Assembly (NCBI GenBank): GCA_045651105.1
Contig: JAZRRW010000067.1
Coordinates: 1-59,493 of the forward strand
From: Lachnospiraceae bacterium
GTDB lineage: Bacteria; Bacillota; Clostridia; Lachnospirales; Lachnospiraceae
DNA: 59,493 nt
Reading direction: 5' to 3'
Shown: positions 45,565 to 55,932 of the stretch, piece by piece
Numbering within the stretch: position 1 is the stretch's first letter
Layout of the letters: each line of letters begins with the position of its first letter
Made by a program: the position numbers and the translations under genes
Notes under the pieces: generated by a model
What the model was told of the DNA's origin: nothing
What the model saw: the letters and a program-made list of their open reading frames with translations, nothing else
Database searches by the model: none

Positions 45565-47262
45565 CTAAACTTCCATAATTATCGGTAAAATCATCGGACG
45601 ACGCTTGGTTTTCTTCCAAACGTAGTCACTTAAACTGTCACGAATGCTGCCCTTTAACTTGCCCCAGTCGGTAATGCCCCTGTCCAGACAATAATTCACA
45701 GCCTCCTCCACAACTTCTTTGGCTTCATCCATAAGTGATTCACTTTCACGAACATATACAAAGCCTCTGGACACAATATCCGGTCCTGATACTAATATAC
45801 CATTATAGCTGTCCAATGCCAACACCACAATCATAATACCATCTTCCGCAAGATGCTGTCTGTCACGCAGTACCACATTTCCTACGTCACCAACACCCAG
45901 ACCATCCACCAGAATGCCGCCCACAGGTACAGAGCCTGTAATCTCTGCACATTCATCACACAGCTCCAGAACCTGTCCGGACTTCATGATAAAAATGTTT
46001 TCCTTCGGAATACCCAGACTGGCCGCTATTTTTTTCTGTGCAATTAAGTGCTTGTATTCACCATGCACCGGCATAACATACTTTGGCTTTACAAGCGTAT
46101 AAATAAGCTTCAGCTCTTCCTGGCAGGCATGTCCGGAAACATGGGTATCCTGATAAATAACATCTGCACCCTTCTGCAAAATTTCATTGATAACCTTCGT
46201 CACGGCCTTCTCATTTCCCGGAATCGGACTGGAGGAAAAAATAACCGTATCACTTGGTGTAATAGAAATTTTGCGGTGTATGCCGCTTGCCATACGTGAC
46301 AATGCTGCCATACTTTCTCCCTGAGAGCCTGTAGTAATAATAACCGTCTGATTGTCCGGATATTGCTTTAACTGCTCTACCTCAATCAGAGTATTCTCCG
46401 GCACTTCCAGGCATCCCAGCTTGGCTGCTGTCTCGATAATATTAACCATACTGCGGCCTTCCACTACTACCTTGCGGCCATAGCGATAAGCAGTATTGAT
46501 AATCTGCTGTACACGGTCCACATTAGAGGCAAAGGTAGCCACAATAATACGAGTGTTCTGATGCTCCTCAAAAAGGGTATCGAAGGTCTTGCCAACTGTG
46601 CGTTCAGACTGCGTAAAGCCCGGACGCTCCGCATTGGTAGAATCCAACAATAAGGCTAAAACTCCCTTTTTGCCCAATTCTGCGAATCTGATTAAATCAA
46701 TGGCGTCACCAAATACAGGGGTATAATCCACCTTAAAATCACCTGTATGCACCACCACACCTGCAGGCGAATAGATTGCAAGCGCTGCGGCATCCACGAT
46801 ACTATGATTTGTCTTGATAAACTCTATACGAAACTGTCCCAGATTAATGGACTGTCCAAATTTCACGATTTTTCTTTTTGTTCCCTGTACCAGATTATGC
46901 TCTTTCAGCTTGTTTTCGATAATGCCCATAGTAAGTCTGGTAGCATACACAGGCACATTCATTTCCTTTAAAACATATGGCAAAGAACCAATGTGGTCCT
47001 CATGACCGTGAGTAATAACAAACCCTTTTACTTTGTCATAGTTGTCCTTTAAATAAGTTACGTCAGGTATAACCAAATCAATGCCCAGCATATCATCTGC
47101 CGGAAATGCCAGACCGCAATCCACGACAACAATACTGTCTTCGTATTCGAAGGCAGTAATATTCATACCAATTTGCTCCAGGCCTCCCAACGGGATGATT
47201 TTCAGCCTGCTCTGCTGCGTATTACCCGCCTTACCTGAAACACTATTATGATTTTTTCTCAC
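45565..47262 (-). CDS. rnj: Ribonuclease J
   Basis: LKIIPLGGLEQIGMNITAFEY and ITHGHEDHIG (beta-CASP metallo-beta-lactamase). GTG start at 47262 follows GGAGGA. The longer ORF-track N-terminus overlaps the upstream gene. Confidence 0.9.
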   Translation of the reverse strand: MRKNHNSVSGKAGNTQQSRLKIIPLGGLEQIGMNITAFEYEDSIVVVDCGLAFPADDMLGIDLVIPDVTYLKDNYDKVKGFVITHGHEDHIGSLPYVLKEMNVPVYATRLTMGIIENKLKEHNLVQGTKRKIVKFGQSINLGQFRIEFIKTNHSIVDAAALAIYSPAGVVVHTGDFKVDYTPVFGDAIDLIRFAELGKKGVLALLLDSTNAERPGFTQSERTVGKTFDTLFEEHQNTRIIVATFASNVDRVQQIINTAYRYGRKVVVEGRSMVNIIETAAKLGCLEVPENTLIEVEQLKQYPDNQTVIITTGSQGESMAALSRMASGIHRKISITPSDTVIFSSSPIPGNEKAVTKVINEILQKGADVIYQDTHVSGHACQEELKLIYTLVKPKYVMPVHGEYKHLIAQKKIAASLGIPKENIFIMKSGQVLELCDECAEITGSVPVGGILVDGLGVGDVGNVVLRDRQHLAEDGIMIVVLALDSYNGILVSGPDIVSRGFVYVRESESLMDEAKEVVEEAVNYCLDRGITDWGKLKGSIRDSLSDYVWKKTKRRPMILPIIMEV

Positions 47263-47278
47263 ACGATTTTCCTCCAAA

Positions 47279-47533
47279 TTAAACCAAATCCACATCTTCC
47301 AGAAGATTCTCAAAAACTGTAGCAACTGCAGATAATTCAGAATCGTCTGTAACAATCTCGTAGATAGCCTCCGCATCTGATTCCTGGGATAAATCCTTTA
47401 AAATCAAAGCGTCTCCGTCTCCGTCTTCTACGTCTGTAACTAAAATATAATTAAATCCGCCCAGTCGGGTTTGCTCCAATACAAAAAACGCAACCTGACT
47501 CTCACCATCCGGGCTAAAAATTATTTTTTCCAC
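47279..47533 (-). CDS. DUF1292 domain protein
   Basis: 84 aa acidic protein (FFVLEQTRLGGFNYILVTD) in conserved synteny next to ruvX. Confidence 0.75.
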   Translation of the reverse strand: MEKIIFSPDGESQVAFFVLEQTRLGGFNYILVTDVEDGDGDALILKDLSQESDAEAIYEIVTDDSELSAVATVFENLLEDVDLV

Positions 47534-47569
47534 TTTTATACTCCTAATACCAAAAATACAAAAAAAGTA

Positions 47570-48004
47570 TTAATTTTTCTGCTGACCCCTTTTGTAATCC
47601 AAATACCCCTGCAAAATAATCGTTGCAGCAATCTTGTCCACGTATTCCTTGCGATCCTCACGGCGCACTCCCGCTTCCATCATCAGTCTATCCGCACTGA
47701 CTGTAGTCAGTCTCTCATCCCACAATGCAACCGGAAGACCTGTCCGACGCTCCAGCTTTTCTTTAAACTCTAAAGAAAACTGCGCCCTGTCTCCCAAATC
47801 ATTGTTCATATGCTTTGGCAAGCCCAACACGATCTCGCTTACCTCGTACTCAACAATTAAGCTCTCAATACGCGCAAGTGTCTGACGAAGCTTGTTCTCA
47901 TCCTTACGACGTATAATCTCAATACCTTGGGCAGTCAACTGCAGGGCATCACTAATAGCGACACCCACCGTCTTGGTGCCTAGGTCCAGTCCCATAATTC
48001 TCAT
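47570..48004 (-). CDS. ruvX: Holliday junction resolvase-like nuclease RuvX (YqgF)
   Basis: 144 aa. [19 protein letters not shown] and DERLTT motifs. Confidence 0.9.
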   Translation of the reverse strand: MRIMGLDLGTKTVGVAISDALQLTAQGIEIIRRKDENKLRQTLARIESLIVEYEVSEIVLGLPKHMNNDLGDRAQFSLEFKEKLERRTGLPVALWDERLTTVSADRLMMEAGVRREDRKEYVDKIAATIILQGYLDYKRGQQKN

Positions 48005-48007
48005 TGA

Positions 48008-48271
48008 TTAGTCCCACTTCTTACCCGCAATATAGCTTGACAATAATTCCTCTACCAATTCGTCACGTTCCACCTTCATAATCAGGCTACGTGCACTGTT
48101 ATGTGAAGTGATGAAGGTAGGGTCACCGCTCATAATATATCCAACTATCTGATTTACCGGGTTATAGCCTTTTTCACGTAATGCTTCGTAAACAGTAGAA
48201 AGTACCATCTGCACACCAGTCATTGGTTCTGTTTCTACTTTGATGTATTGTGTATTTTGTAAATCACCCAT
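48008..48271 (-). CDS. ireB: IreB family regulatory phosphoprotein (UPF0297)
   Basis: 87 aa. VYEALREKGYNPVNQIVGYIMSGDPTFITSH. Confidence 0.85.
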   Translation of the reverse strand: MGDLQNTQYIKVETEPMTGVQMVLSTVYEALREKGYNPVNQIVGYIMSGDPTFITSHNSARSLIMKVERDELVEELLSSYIAGKKWD

Positions 48272-48320
48272 AATGTACCTCCGTACAGTCTCTTCTCATA
48301 CTACTCCATGATTTAATATC

Positions 48321-49733
48321 TTACCTTAATTTACTCAAAATTGCAAGTAAAATGTCATCCGCCAGAAATCCCTGCACCATAACTTCCACAATCTGATTAG
48401 AAAGGTCTTTCGATGTTTCCACAGCCACCTTTACATATTCCTCTGTATGACCCAGCATATAGATTTTACCTTGAATTTCCTTAGCCTCTTCAAAAAGTAC
48501 CTTCACGGTACTTCCAATAAACCGGCTGCGATACTCTTTACTTTTCCGTGCTTCCATTTCCAAAAGCACTGCGCTGCGTTTACTCTTTTCAGCCTCTGTC
48601 AATTGCTCCTTCATAGCGGCAGCCCTTGTCCCCTTACGCACAGAATATTTAAAAATGTGCATTTCATACAAAGAGAGCTCTTCCAAATAATTGACCGTTT
48701 CCTGAAATTCCTCTTTCGTCTCTCCGGGGAAACCTACGATTACATCCGTCGTAATTGCCGGACTGTCAAATGCTTTTCTGAGAGCCTGTACACTTTCTTT
48801 AAACTGTGCAGTCGTGTACTTACGATTCATTCGCTTTAAGGTGGCATCGCAGCCGCTTTGTAAAGACAAATGAAAGTGCGGACAGACCTTAGGCAAAGCT
48901 GCCAGTCTCATAGCACTTTCCTCTGTAACAATTCGAGGCTCCAGAGACCCGATTCTAATACGCTCAATACCCGGTATATCATGAATACGCTCAATCAAAT
49001 CCAAAAGCTTGCTCCTGCCGGAATAGTCATGCCTGTCACTGCTCTGCGGCTTTTCCACGCACTGCCCTAAAGCCCATGCATCATCCTCAAAGTCAATACC
49101 ATAAGAGCTAATATGAATGCCCGTCAGTACAATTTCCTTATAACCGGCCTGTGCCAAACCCATAATTTCCTGGCGGATACTATCTAAGTGCCTGCTTCGC
49201 ACCCTTCCTCTGGCAAAAGGAATAATGCAATATGAGCAAAACTGATTGCAGCCATCCTGCACCTTTATATAGGCTCTGGTATGCTCCGTGGTATGAGCCA
49301 ACTGCATTTCCTCATAGTCAAAGGTGGCATTAATATCTATGACACTGGTGTCATTCATGGTTTTGTCAAAATTTCTCTCGCCATCCCTATCAGCGAGATA
49401 TTCCACCAGTATGTCGGCCAAATCCTTTTTTTTGTTATTGCCAACAGCCAAATCGATACCTGCATCTGCCAGCACCTGCTCTTTACCGGTCTGCACGTAA
49501 CAGCCGGCTGCCACGACTACCGCATCAGGATTGCGTTTTTTTGCCTGATGAAGCATCTGGCGGCTTTTCCTGTCTGCGATATTAGTAACGGTACATGTAT
49601 TTATAATATAGACATCCGCCTGTTCGTCAAAAGGCACAATGGCAAAGCCTTTTTCTACCAACTTTTGTCCAATAACATCCATTTCATATGAATTCACCTT
49701 GCATCCAAGGTTGTGTAATGCAACTTTTCGCAT
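48321..49733 (-). CDS. mtaB: tRNA methylthiotransferase, MtaB-like radical SAM enzyme
   Basis: 470 aa. NLGCKVNSYE, NTCTVT, a CNQFCSYCIIP radical SAM cluster and a TRAM domain. Confidence 0.85.
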   Translation of the reverse strand: MRKVALHNLGCKVNSYEMDVIGQKLVEKGFAIVPFDEQADVYIINTCTVTNIADRKSRQMLHQAKKRNPDAVVVAAGCYVQTGKEQVLADAGIDLAVGNNKKKDLADILVEYLADRDGERNFDKTMNDTSVIDINATFDYEEMQLAHTTEHTRAYIKVQDGCNQFCSYCIIPFARGRVRSRHLDSIRQEIMGLAQAGYKEIVLTGIHISSYGIDFEDDAWALGQCVEKPQSSDRHDYSGRSKLLDLIERIHDIPGIERIRIGSLEPRIVTEESAMRLAALPKVCPHFHLSLQSGCDATLKRMNRKYTTAQFKESVQALRKAFDSPAITTDVIVGFPGETKEEFQETVNYLEELSLYEMHIFKYSVRKGTRAAAMKEQLTEAEKSKRSAVLLEMEARKSKEYRSRFIGSTVKVLFEEAKEIQGKIYMLGHTEEYVKVAVETSKDLSNQIVEVMVQGFLADDILLAILSKLR

Positions 49734-49834
49734 TTTTTTCTCCTAATTTTTCTGCATGTTAGACATTGACTTTTATCACTTCTTGAATTACCATAAGAGT
49801 AGACATTGAAAGTAAATAAGGAGGAATGATTCCA

Positions 49835-50065
49835 ATGAAAACATTACAAATTTCTTTAAATTCAATTGACAAGGTAAAAGCATTCGTAAACGACATCACC
49901 AAGTTTGACTGTGATTTTGATTTAGTTTCCGGCAGATACGTTATCGACGCTAAGTCTATTATGGGGATTTTCAGCTTAGATTTATCCAAGCCAATCACCT
50001 TAAACGTACATGCTGAGGGTGATGCTTCAGAAATCATGAGTGTTCTTGCAAATTACGAAGCTTAA
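49835..50065 (+). CDS. HPr-like domain protein lacking the His15 phosphorylation motif
   Basis: 76 aa starting at MKTLQISL, after AGGAGG. IDAKSIMGIFSL matches the HPr Ser46 region. There is no GxHARPA motif. Confidence 0.65.
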   Translation: MKTLQISLNSIDKVKAFVNDITKFDCDFDLVSGRYVIDAKSIMGIFSLDLSKPITLNVHAEGDASEIMSVLANYEA

Positions 50066-50108
50066 TGCCTCACACTGTTTTATGCAGGCAAATACTTTTA
50101 TAAACATA

Positions 50109-50139
50109 CTTCGCAGTAGTAAACTACTGCGAAGTTTTT
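50109..50139. terminator. Bidirectional terminator (HPr-like gene / thiI)
   Basis: cttcgcagtagt / actactgcgaag followed by TTTTT. Confidence 0.65.
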
Positions 50140-50146
50140 ATTTGAG

Positions 50147-51331
50147 TTAATTCTCAGTAGCAATAACCAGTTCCCTGGTATCCAGAGCAGTCTGCACCAA
50201 TTCATCAATCTTTTCAGCCAGACACAACTCATGCTTTTTAATTATACCCAGATTCGGCTTGGTAACCGGATGCTTTGCCACAAAAATCGTGCAACAATCC
50301 TCAAACGGTAATATAGACGTTTCGTAAGTGCCGATTTTCTTGGACAGAGTAACGATATCCTCCTTATCAAAAGCAATTAACGGACGATATACCGGAAGCT
50401 CACACACTTCATTGGTAACTGCCAATGACTGCATGGTCTGACTGGCAACCTGACCGATGCTTTCACCTGTGATCAGACCCAGGCACTCAGTATCCTTGGC
50501 AATTTGCTCTGCAATACGCATCATATAGCGTCTCATAATAATGGTCAGTTCATCATGAGGACAATTCTCATAAATATATAACTGAATATCCGTAAAATTA
50601 ATAATATGCAGATAAATAGGACCTGTGTACTTGGACACAATACGCGCCAAATCCACTACCTTTTCCTTTGCACGCTCACTGGTATAAGGCGGTGCATGGA
50701 AATAAACCGCATCAATCTTTACACCACGCTTTGCCACCATATAACCAGCCACCGGAGAGTCAATGCCTCCTGAAAGCAACAGCATAGCCTTACCACCTGT
50801 ACCTACAGGCATACCCATAGCTCCCGGAATTTCTTCGCTGTAAATATAAATTTTTTCGCGAATTTCAATATTTAACTTAATTTCAGGATTGTGTACATCT
50901 ACCGTAAGATTTGGGAAAGCATCCAAAATGACACCACCCATTTCCATACAAATCTCCTGAGATTCCAGAGGATAATTTTTGCGGGCACGTCTTGCAAAAA
51001 CCTTAAAGGTCTTTTTCACGTCACCATACATATCCTTCATATAATTTACTACGGTTTCACATAGCTTTTCAAAGCCCTCGTCCTCTACATATACTACCGG
51101 ACAAATGCCACTGATGCCAAACACCTGCGTCAGACGCTCAACCGTCTCGTCATAGTCAAATGCAGTCAATGCATCCACATAAATGCGCCCCTGAGTCTTC
51201 CGAATACTAAATTCGCCCTCACACTTTTTCAGTGCATATTTAATCTGCTGAACCAAAGCATCCTCAAACATATATCTGTTTTTGCCTTTGATGCCTATTT
51301 CGCCGTATTTTATCAAAAATGCTGTAAACAT
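50147..51331 (-). CDS. thiI: tRNA 4-thiouridine synthase ThiI
   Basis: 394 aa. YGEIGIKGKNR, a THUMP domain and the SGGIDSPVA PP-loop. Confidence 0.9.
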   Translation of the reverse strand: MFTAFLIKYGEIGIKGKNRYMFEDALVQQIKYALKKCEGEFSIRKTQGRIYVDALTAFDYDETVERLTQVFGISGICPVVYVEDEGFEKLCETVVNYMKDMYGDVKKTFKVFARRARKNYPLESQEICMEMGGVILDAFPNLTVDVHNPEIKLNIEIREKIYIYSEEIPGAMGMPVGTGGKAMLLLSGGIDSPVAGYMVAKRGVKIDAVYFHAPPYTSERAKEKVVDLARIVSKYTGPIYLHIINFTDIQLYIYENCPHDELTIIMRRYMMRIAEQIAKDTECLGLITGESIGQVASQTMQSLAVTNEVCELPVYRPLIAFDKEDIVTLSKKIGTYETSILPFEDCCTIFVAKHPVTKPNLGIIKKHELCLAEKIDELVQTALDTRELVIATEN

Positions 51332-51346
51332 ATTTCCCTCACTTTT

Positions 51347-52501
51347 TTAATGTCTTGTGTATTTTCGTAACATTGGAATCATATCATATAATGTATTTAA
51401 TGTATAGTCTATTTCTTCCCTGGTAGTGAAAACAGACATACTGAAACGTATCGTAGAATCCCACAGACTCTTATCTAAGCCAATGGCCATCAGAGTCTTG
51501 GAGGTCTGCGGATGATTGGACGCACAAGCGCTTCCTGCAGATACATAAATCCCTTTATCCTCCAGAGCATGCAAAAGCACTTCGCTTCTGATGCCCTTCA
51601 CAGAAAAACTAATGACATGTGGTGCACTGCGGCCATCTGTATATCCATTAATCTGAGTATCTGCAATCTTGCTTAATCCATCCACAAAATATTGCTTCAG
51701 CTCATACAAACCGATTACCTCTTCATCAAGCTTATCATAAAGCATCTTGGCCGCCAGTGCCATACCGGCGATGCCTGCTACATTCTCTGTACCGGAACGA
51801 AGATTCCTTTGCTGGCCGCCACCGAAATTAATCGGCAGAATTTTCACTTTATCGCCTACATACAAAAGACCTACACCCTTCGGACCATGAATTTTGTGTG
51901 AGCTTGCAGACAGCAAGTCAATATTCATCTTCTTTGGATAAATACGTGCTTTGCCAAATCCCTGCACTGCGTCCACATGAAACAGGCACTTAGGATTAAC
52001 CTTCTTAATCAGCTTACCAATCTCCATAATCGGCTGCAGAGAGCCTATTTCGTTGTTGGTATGCATAATGGACACAATAATAGTTTCCTTCGTTATAGCG
52101 GCCTCTAAATCACTCAGACGAATAATGCCCTTTTCATCCACAGGTAAATAGGTGATGGTAAATCCTTGCTTTTCCAGATAAGCCAAAGGCTCCAATACTG
52201 CAGGATGCTCTATTTTGGTAGTAATAATATGCTTGCCACTACGCTGGTTAGCCCATGCACAGCCTATCAAGGCTAAATTGTCTGCTTCTGTTCCTCCTGA
52301 GGTAAAAAATAGTTCCCTGGTATTTACCTTCAGTATACGGGCAAAAGTGTCCTTGGCCTCCTTTAAATAATGCTCTGCCTCAAGGCCCTTTCTATGCATA
52401 CTGGAAGGATTACCGTAGTTTTCACACAGTATCTGTGTCATAAGCTTTGCCACTTCCGGAAAACATGCGGTAGTAGCAGAGTTATCCAAATAAACTTCCA
52501 T
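51347..52501 (-). CDS. Cysteine desulfurase (NifS/IscS class)
   Basis: 384 aa starting at MEVYLDNSATT. SSHKIHGPKG PLP-lysine motif and SAGSACAS catalytic Cys loop. Confidence 0.9.
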   Translation of the reverse strand: MEVYLDNSATTACFPEVAKLMTQILCENYGNPSSMHRKGLEAEHYLKEAKDTFARILKVNTRELFFTSGGTEADNLALIGCAWANQRSGKHIITTKIEHPAVLEPLAYLEKQGFTITYLPVDEKGIIRLSDLEAAITKETIIVSIMHTNNEIGSLQPIMEIGKLIKKVNPKCLFHVDAVQGFGKARIYPKKMNIDLLSASSHKIHGPKGVGLLYVGDKVKILPINFGGGQQRNLRSGTENVAGIAGMALAAKMLYDKLDEEVIGLYELKQYFVDGLSKIADTQINGYTDGRSAPHVISFSVKGIRSEVLLHALEDKGIYVSAGSACASNHPQTSKTLMAIGLDKSLWDSTIRFSMSVFTTREEIDYTLNTLYDMIPMLRKYTRH

Positions 52502-52627
52502 GATATTTCCTTTCCAAACAAAAATTCTTCTAATATATTTTATGCAAAGCAAGTGTAGCGTTTCTCAAATAATCAACCAAATTGTGTAGAATATATTCAA
52601 AAACCGCACAAGCACACAGGCTGTATT

Positions 52628-53374
52628 CTAGTCCTCCAATAGGTATACCAACATGGCCAAAACTGCAAGTCCTGCGGTCTCAGTCCGTAAAATCCTGCGC
52701 CCTAATGTTACCGGCCGGGTACCCTGTAAAAGAGCTGCCTCCACTTCCGTATCATCAAAACCACCCTCAGGTCCTATAAATATAGCCACACGCTGTCCCG
52801 GTCTGATGCCGTTTAACAGACTGCGGGTAGCCGCCATGCCCTCTGCATTCTCATAGGGCATCATACTGACCTCAAACTCTGCAGCTTCCTTTAATGCCTC
52901 TTTTAAGGACATTACAGAGCCGATAACAGGAATCATATCCCGCTTACTCTGCTTGGCTGCTGCCTCTGCAATCCCCTGCCAACGGCTGATCTTGGCATGT
53001 GCCTTCTTTTCATCCAGCTTTACGACTGAACGTTTGGTGGCTACCGGCACAACGCGGGCTACTCCCAGCTCCACAGCCTTCTGAATAATAAGCTCCATCT
53101 TGTCTGCCTTAGGCAGCCCCTGATAAAGCACAATTTCACAAGGCAGCTCGTTGCTCTCCTCCAAATATCGCAGAATGTCACAAACCACCTGCTCCCCGGC
53201 CACGCTCTTTAAGGCACACAAATACTTCCCCTGACTCTCGCCATCGGTTACGTAAAACTGCTCCCCCGGCTTCATGCGAAGCACATGACTGATATGATTG
53301 ACATCCGGGCCTGTTATATAGGCAAGACCCTCCTTGGGTGCAATTTGCCCCTTGTCTACAAAAAACTGAAACAT
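52628..53374 (-). CDS. rsmE: 16S rRNA (uracil1498-N3)-methyltransferase RsmE
   Basis: 248 aa. The C-terminal IGPEGGF and LGRRILRTETA motifs are present. Confidence 0.9.
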   Translation of the reverse strand: MFQFFVDKGQIAPKEGLAYITGPDVNHISHVLRMKPGEQFYVTDGESQGKYLCALKSVAGEQVVCDILRYLEESNELPCEIVLYQGLPKADKMELIIQKAVELGVARVVPVATKRSVVKLDEKKAHAKISRWQGIAEAAAKQSKRDMIPVIGSVMSLKEALKEAAEFEVSMMPYENAEGMAATRSLLNGIRPGQRVAIFIGPEGGFDDTEVEAALLQGTRPVTLGRRILRTETAGLAVLAMLVYLLED

Positions 53375-53375
53375 T

Positions 53376-54365
53376 TTAAAAATCCTTCCGTGCGGTTACA
53401 CTGACCCACTCACCCTGATATGTCACCTCTACTACCGTCAGACCTGCCGCTTTCACAGCCGCTACTACCGTTTCTTCCTTGTCATCGATAATACCGGAGG
53501 TAATATAATAACCGCCTGTTTTCAACTGATTTACAATCACAGGGGTAAGTGGCACCAGCACATCAGCCAGAATATTCGCTACAACAATGTCATACTTATC
53601 GTATCCTACCTTGTCCTGCACGTCCTTGTCAGTAATAATGTTGCCAATCATCATATCAAACTGCTCCGGACGAATGCCATTCACTTCACTGTTCTCACGC
53701 ACGGCATCCACAGCACACGGATCCAAATCGGTCCCCACAGCATGCTTTGCCCCAAACATCAATGACAAAATAGACAAGATACCACTGCCCGTACCTACAT
53801 CCAACAGCTCCGTCTCCGGAGTAATATACTTACGAAGCTGACGAATACAAAGCTGGGTAGTCTCATGCATACCCGTACCAAAGGCAGTACCCGGATCTAT
53901 GTGCAGCACCATTTTGGCCTCGTCCTCCGGCTTTACATCCTCCCAGGAGGGTATTACCAAAATATCGTCAATATAAAACTGATGGAAGTACTGCTTCCAG
54001 TTGTTAATCCAGTCAATATCCTCCGTCTCATCTACGGTGACAGAGCTCTCTCCAATATCCATAAAAGACTTCCAGCTTGCCAGCTCTTCCTCCACCATCT
54101 CCAAAATCGCTTCCTTTGTGGTCACTTCCTCCTGAAAAATCAGATTACCATCTTCATTCTCCTCCACAAAAAAGCTAAGATATGCTACACCATCATCCTC
54201 CGGTCCCTGTGGTAAAATATCTACAAACATCTGCTCCTTCTCTGCAGCCGTCAAAGGCACCTTATCCTCAATCTGCGCACCTTCAAAGCCCAAATCATAT
54301 AAAGCAGAAATAATAATATCCTCTGCTGCTGTAATCGTTTTCACACGGAATTTCATCCACTTCAT
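53376..54365 (-). CDS. prmA: Ribosomal protein L11 methyltransferase PrmA
   Basis: 329 aa. IDPGTAFGTGMHETT and LDVGTGSGIL motifs. Confidence 0.9.
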   Translation of the reverse strand: MKWMKFRVKTITAAEDIIISALYDLGFEGAQIEDKVPLTAAEKEQMFVDILPQGPEDDGVAYLSFFVEENEDGNLIFQEEVTTKEAILEMVEEELASWKSFMDIGESSVTVDETEDIDWINNWKQYFHQFYIDDILVIPSWEDVKPEDEAKMVLHIDPGTAFGTGMHETTQLCIRQLRKYITPETELLDVGTGSGILSILSLMFGAKHAVGTDLDPCAVDAVRENSEVNGIRPEQFDMMIGNIITDKDVQDKVGYDKYDIVVANILADVLVPLTPVIVNQLKTGGYYITSGIIDDKEETVVAAVKAAGLTVVEVTYQGEWVSVTARKDF

Positions 54366-54467
54366 AGCATTGTCCTCTCGTTCATAAATCTAATATCTGA
54401 ATGTATAATAATTCTCATCAAACCGCATATATAATTAATTATACTCGCATTTGTGCAAAAGTGCAAT

Positions 54468-54905
54468 CTATTTTCCTTTTGGAGACAGTTGATATGCCAA
54501 ATCCAGATATCTTTGACGCCATTTTCGACCTTCTTCCTGCATATCCTCAGCTAATTTCTGTAATTCTGCATAAGAGGCTTCAAATTGCTGACGCATATTT
54601 GCCACTTCTTTCTTTTTCTCTTCTTCAATAGCCTGTTTTTCCTGCTGCATTTGCATTTGCAGCTTTTTAAATTTTTCCTCCAGCTCACGACATTCCGTTT
54701 CACAGCGTTTCGTCTGTTCCTTGTAAATCCGGCACTGCTTTTCCAGCTGTTCAAATAATTCCAGTCTTCCCAATGGCCCCGGCAACTTATTCCCATCTTT
54801 GTCAAGCGTTTCCTCACCCACCTGCTCCATGCGATAGTATATCCATTGATTACCCATATCAGCATATACATGCCACACTTCACCCATATCAAATAAATAC
54901 TTCAT
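54468..54905 (-). CDS. Hypothetical coiled-coil protein
   Basis: 145 aa. A Trp/Tyr-rich N-terminal ~40 aa, then a Glu/Lys/Gln-rich heptad-like helix. No family recognised. Confidence 0.55.
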   Translation of the reverse strand: MKYLFDMGEVWHVYADMGNQWIYYRMEQVGEETLDKDGNKLPGPLGRLELFEQLEKQCRIYKEQTKRCETECRELEEKFKKLQMQMQQEKQAIEEEKKKEVANMRQQFEASYAELQKLAEDMQEEGRKWRQRYLDLAYQLSPKGK

Positions 54906-55019
54906 AATTCCCCCGCAAAAGGCGTTGTATTCAATGTATGTTTTTTCTCAGAAAGATATTCCCGTAAAACACAATTTACACTAGATTTTCATATCTTAAT
55001 AATAAAAAGGAGTTTTTTT

Positions 55020-55904
55020 ATGGCTAACTATAATTGTAATTGCAAATCCAAATGTTATACCAGCAATGCCATCGCTAATATGAATACAGATTGCGGTACT
55101 TGTGTAGATGTATGTACAAACCCTATTTGCGGCACACCTGATGCTTTATTGCTTTATGCGCCCGTAATCTATGATTGCATCGGCATTAATCTCTGCAGAA
55201 CTGTGCCTTTAGGTGTAGATATTCCGACCACTTTTCCTACTGCAGCATATGTAACCGCTGAAGTTGTTGACTTGGTTCCCGGTACTGCTGATATCACACC
55301 AATTGCAAACAGACCTAATTGCTATAACGTAGAATTAAGCGAGCTCAGCTTTACGGTTATTGTTAAATTATTTGACTGCTGCCAGCGATTATTGGCAACG
55401 CTGCCTTTAACTGTGGTATATCTTCCGGGTGCAGTCACAGACCCTGATTACGACGAAGATACCAACCCGACCGACGTAACCTTACAGCTTTATGCGCCTT
55501 ATGGACCGGCCTATACGGTTGCAGGCACTACCGCTACCCCTACACTGATTTTCAGCGGACTGACAGTGGCACAGGTACCTCAGACTCAGGGAATTCAGGC
55601 TTCTGCAGTAGCAAAGGTACTGAATTTTAATATCGATGACTCTACAATCAGCTTAGGCGTAACGTTGTATGTATTTAGCTTGTACAATTCTTTCTACAAC
55701 TTCTACGACACCACTCGTGGCAACATTCCAAAGGGAAGCCTTGCTACCGTAGAAGAAAACGTATGCATGAATTTCGTCCGTGGCGGTCTGTTAGACAGAA
55801 ATATCAAGCCTTTGGAATTAAGCGATCCTGCTTGCGAAGGTCAGCTAAAAAACGATTGTACCCCGGATATGGAAGCATGTGAAAGTGCAACAGACGTAAT
55901 ATAA
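55020..55904 (+). CDS. Hypothetical Cys-rich protein (294 aa)
   Basis: AGGAG RBS. N-terminal cluster NCNCKSKCY...DCGTCVDVCTNPICG and C-terminal Cys pairs. No signal peptide. No family recognised. Confidence 0.6.
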   Translation: MANYNCNCKSKCYTSNAIANMNTDCGTCVDVCTNPICGTPDALLLYAPVIYDCIGINLCRTVPLGVDIPTTFPTAAYVTAEVVDLVPGTADITPIANRPNCYNVELSELSFTVIVKLFDCCQRLLATLPLTVVYLPGAVTDPDYDEDTNPTDVTLQLYAPYGPAYTVAGTTATPTLIFSGLTVAQVPQTQGIQASAVAKVLNFNIDDSTISLGVTLYVFSLYNSFYNFYDTTRGNIPKGSLATVEENVCMNFVRGGLLDRNIKPLELSDPACEGQLKNDCTPDMEACESATDVI

Positions 55905-55932
55905 TTCCTCCTTGCCTTTTAGGCATATAAAA

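Noticed and set aside
47263-47376. Extended N-terminus of the RNase J ORF
   Set aside because: It overlaps the DUF1292 gene and encodes hydrophobic sequence that does not fit the protein. The GTG at 47262 after GGAGGA gives the canonical RNase J N-terminus.
54551-54892. 113-aa alternative minus-strand frame inside the coiled-coil gene
   Set aside because: It overlaps the longer 145-aa frame, which has the better start context. Its Arg/Lys/Trp-rich translation is typical of an off-frame reading of GAA/AAG-rich DNA.
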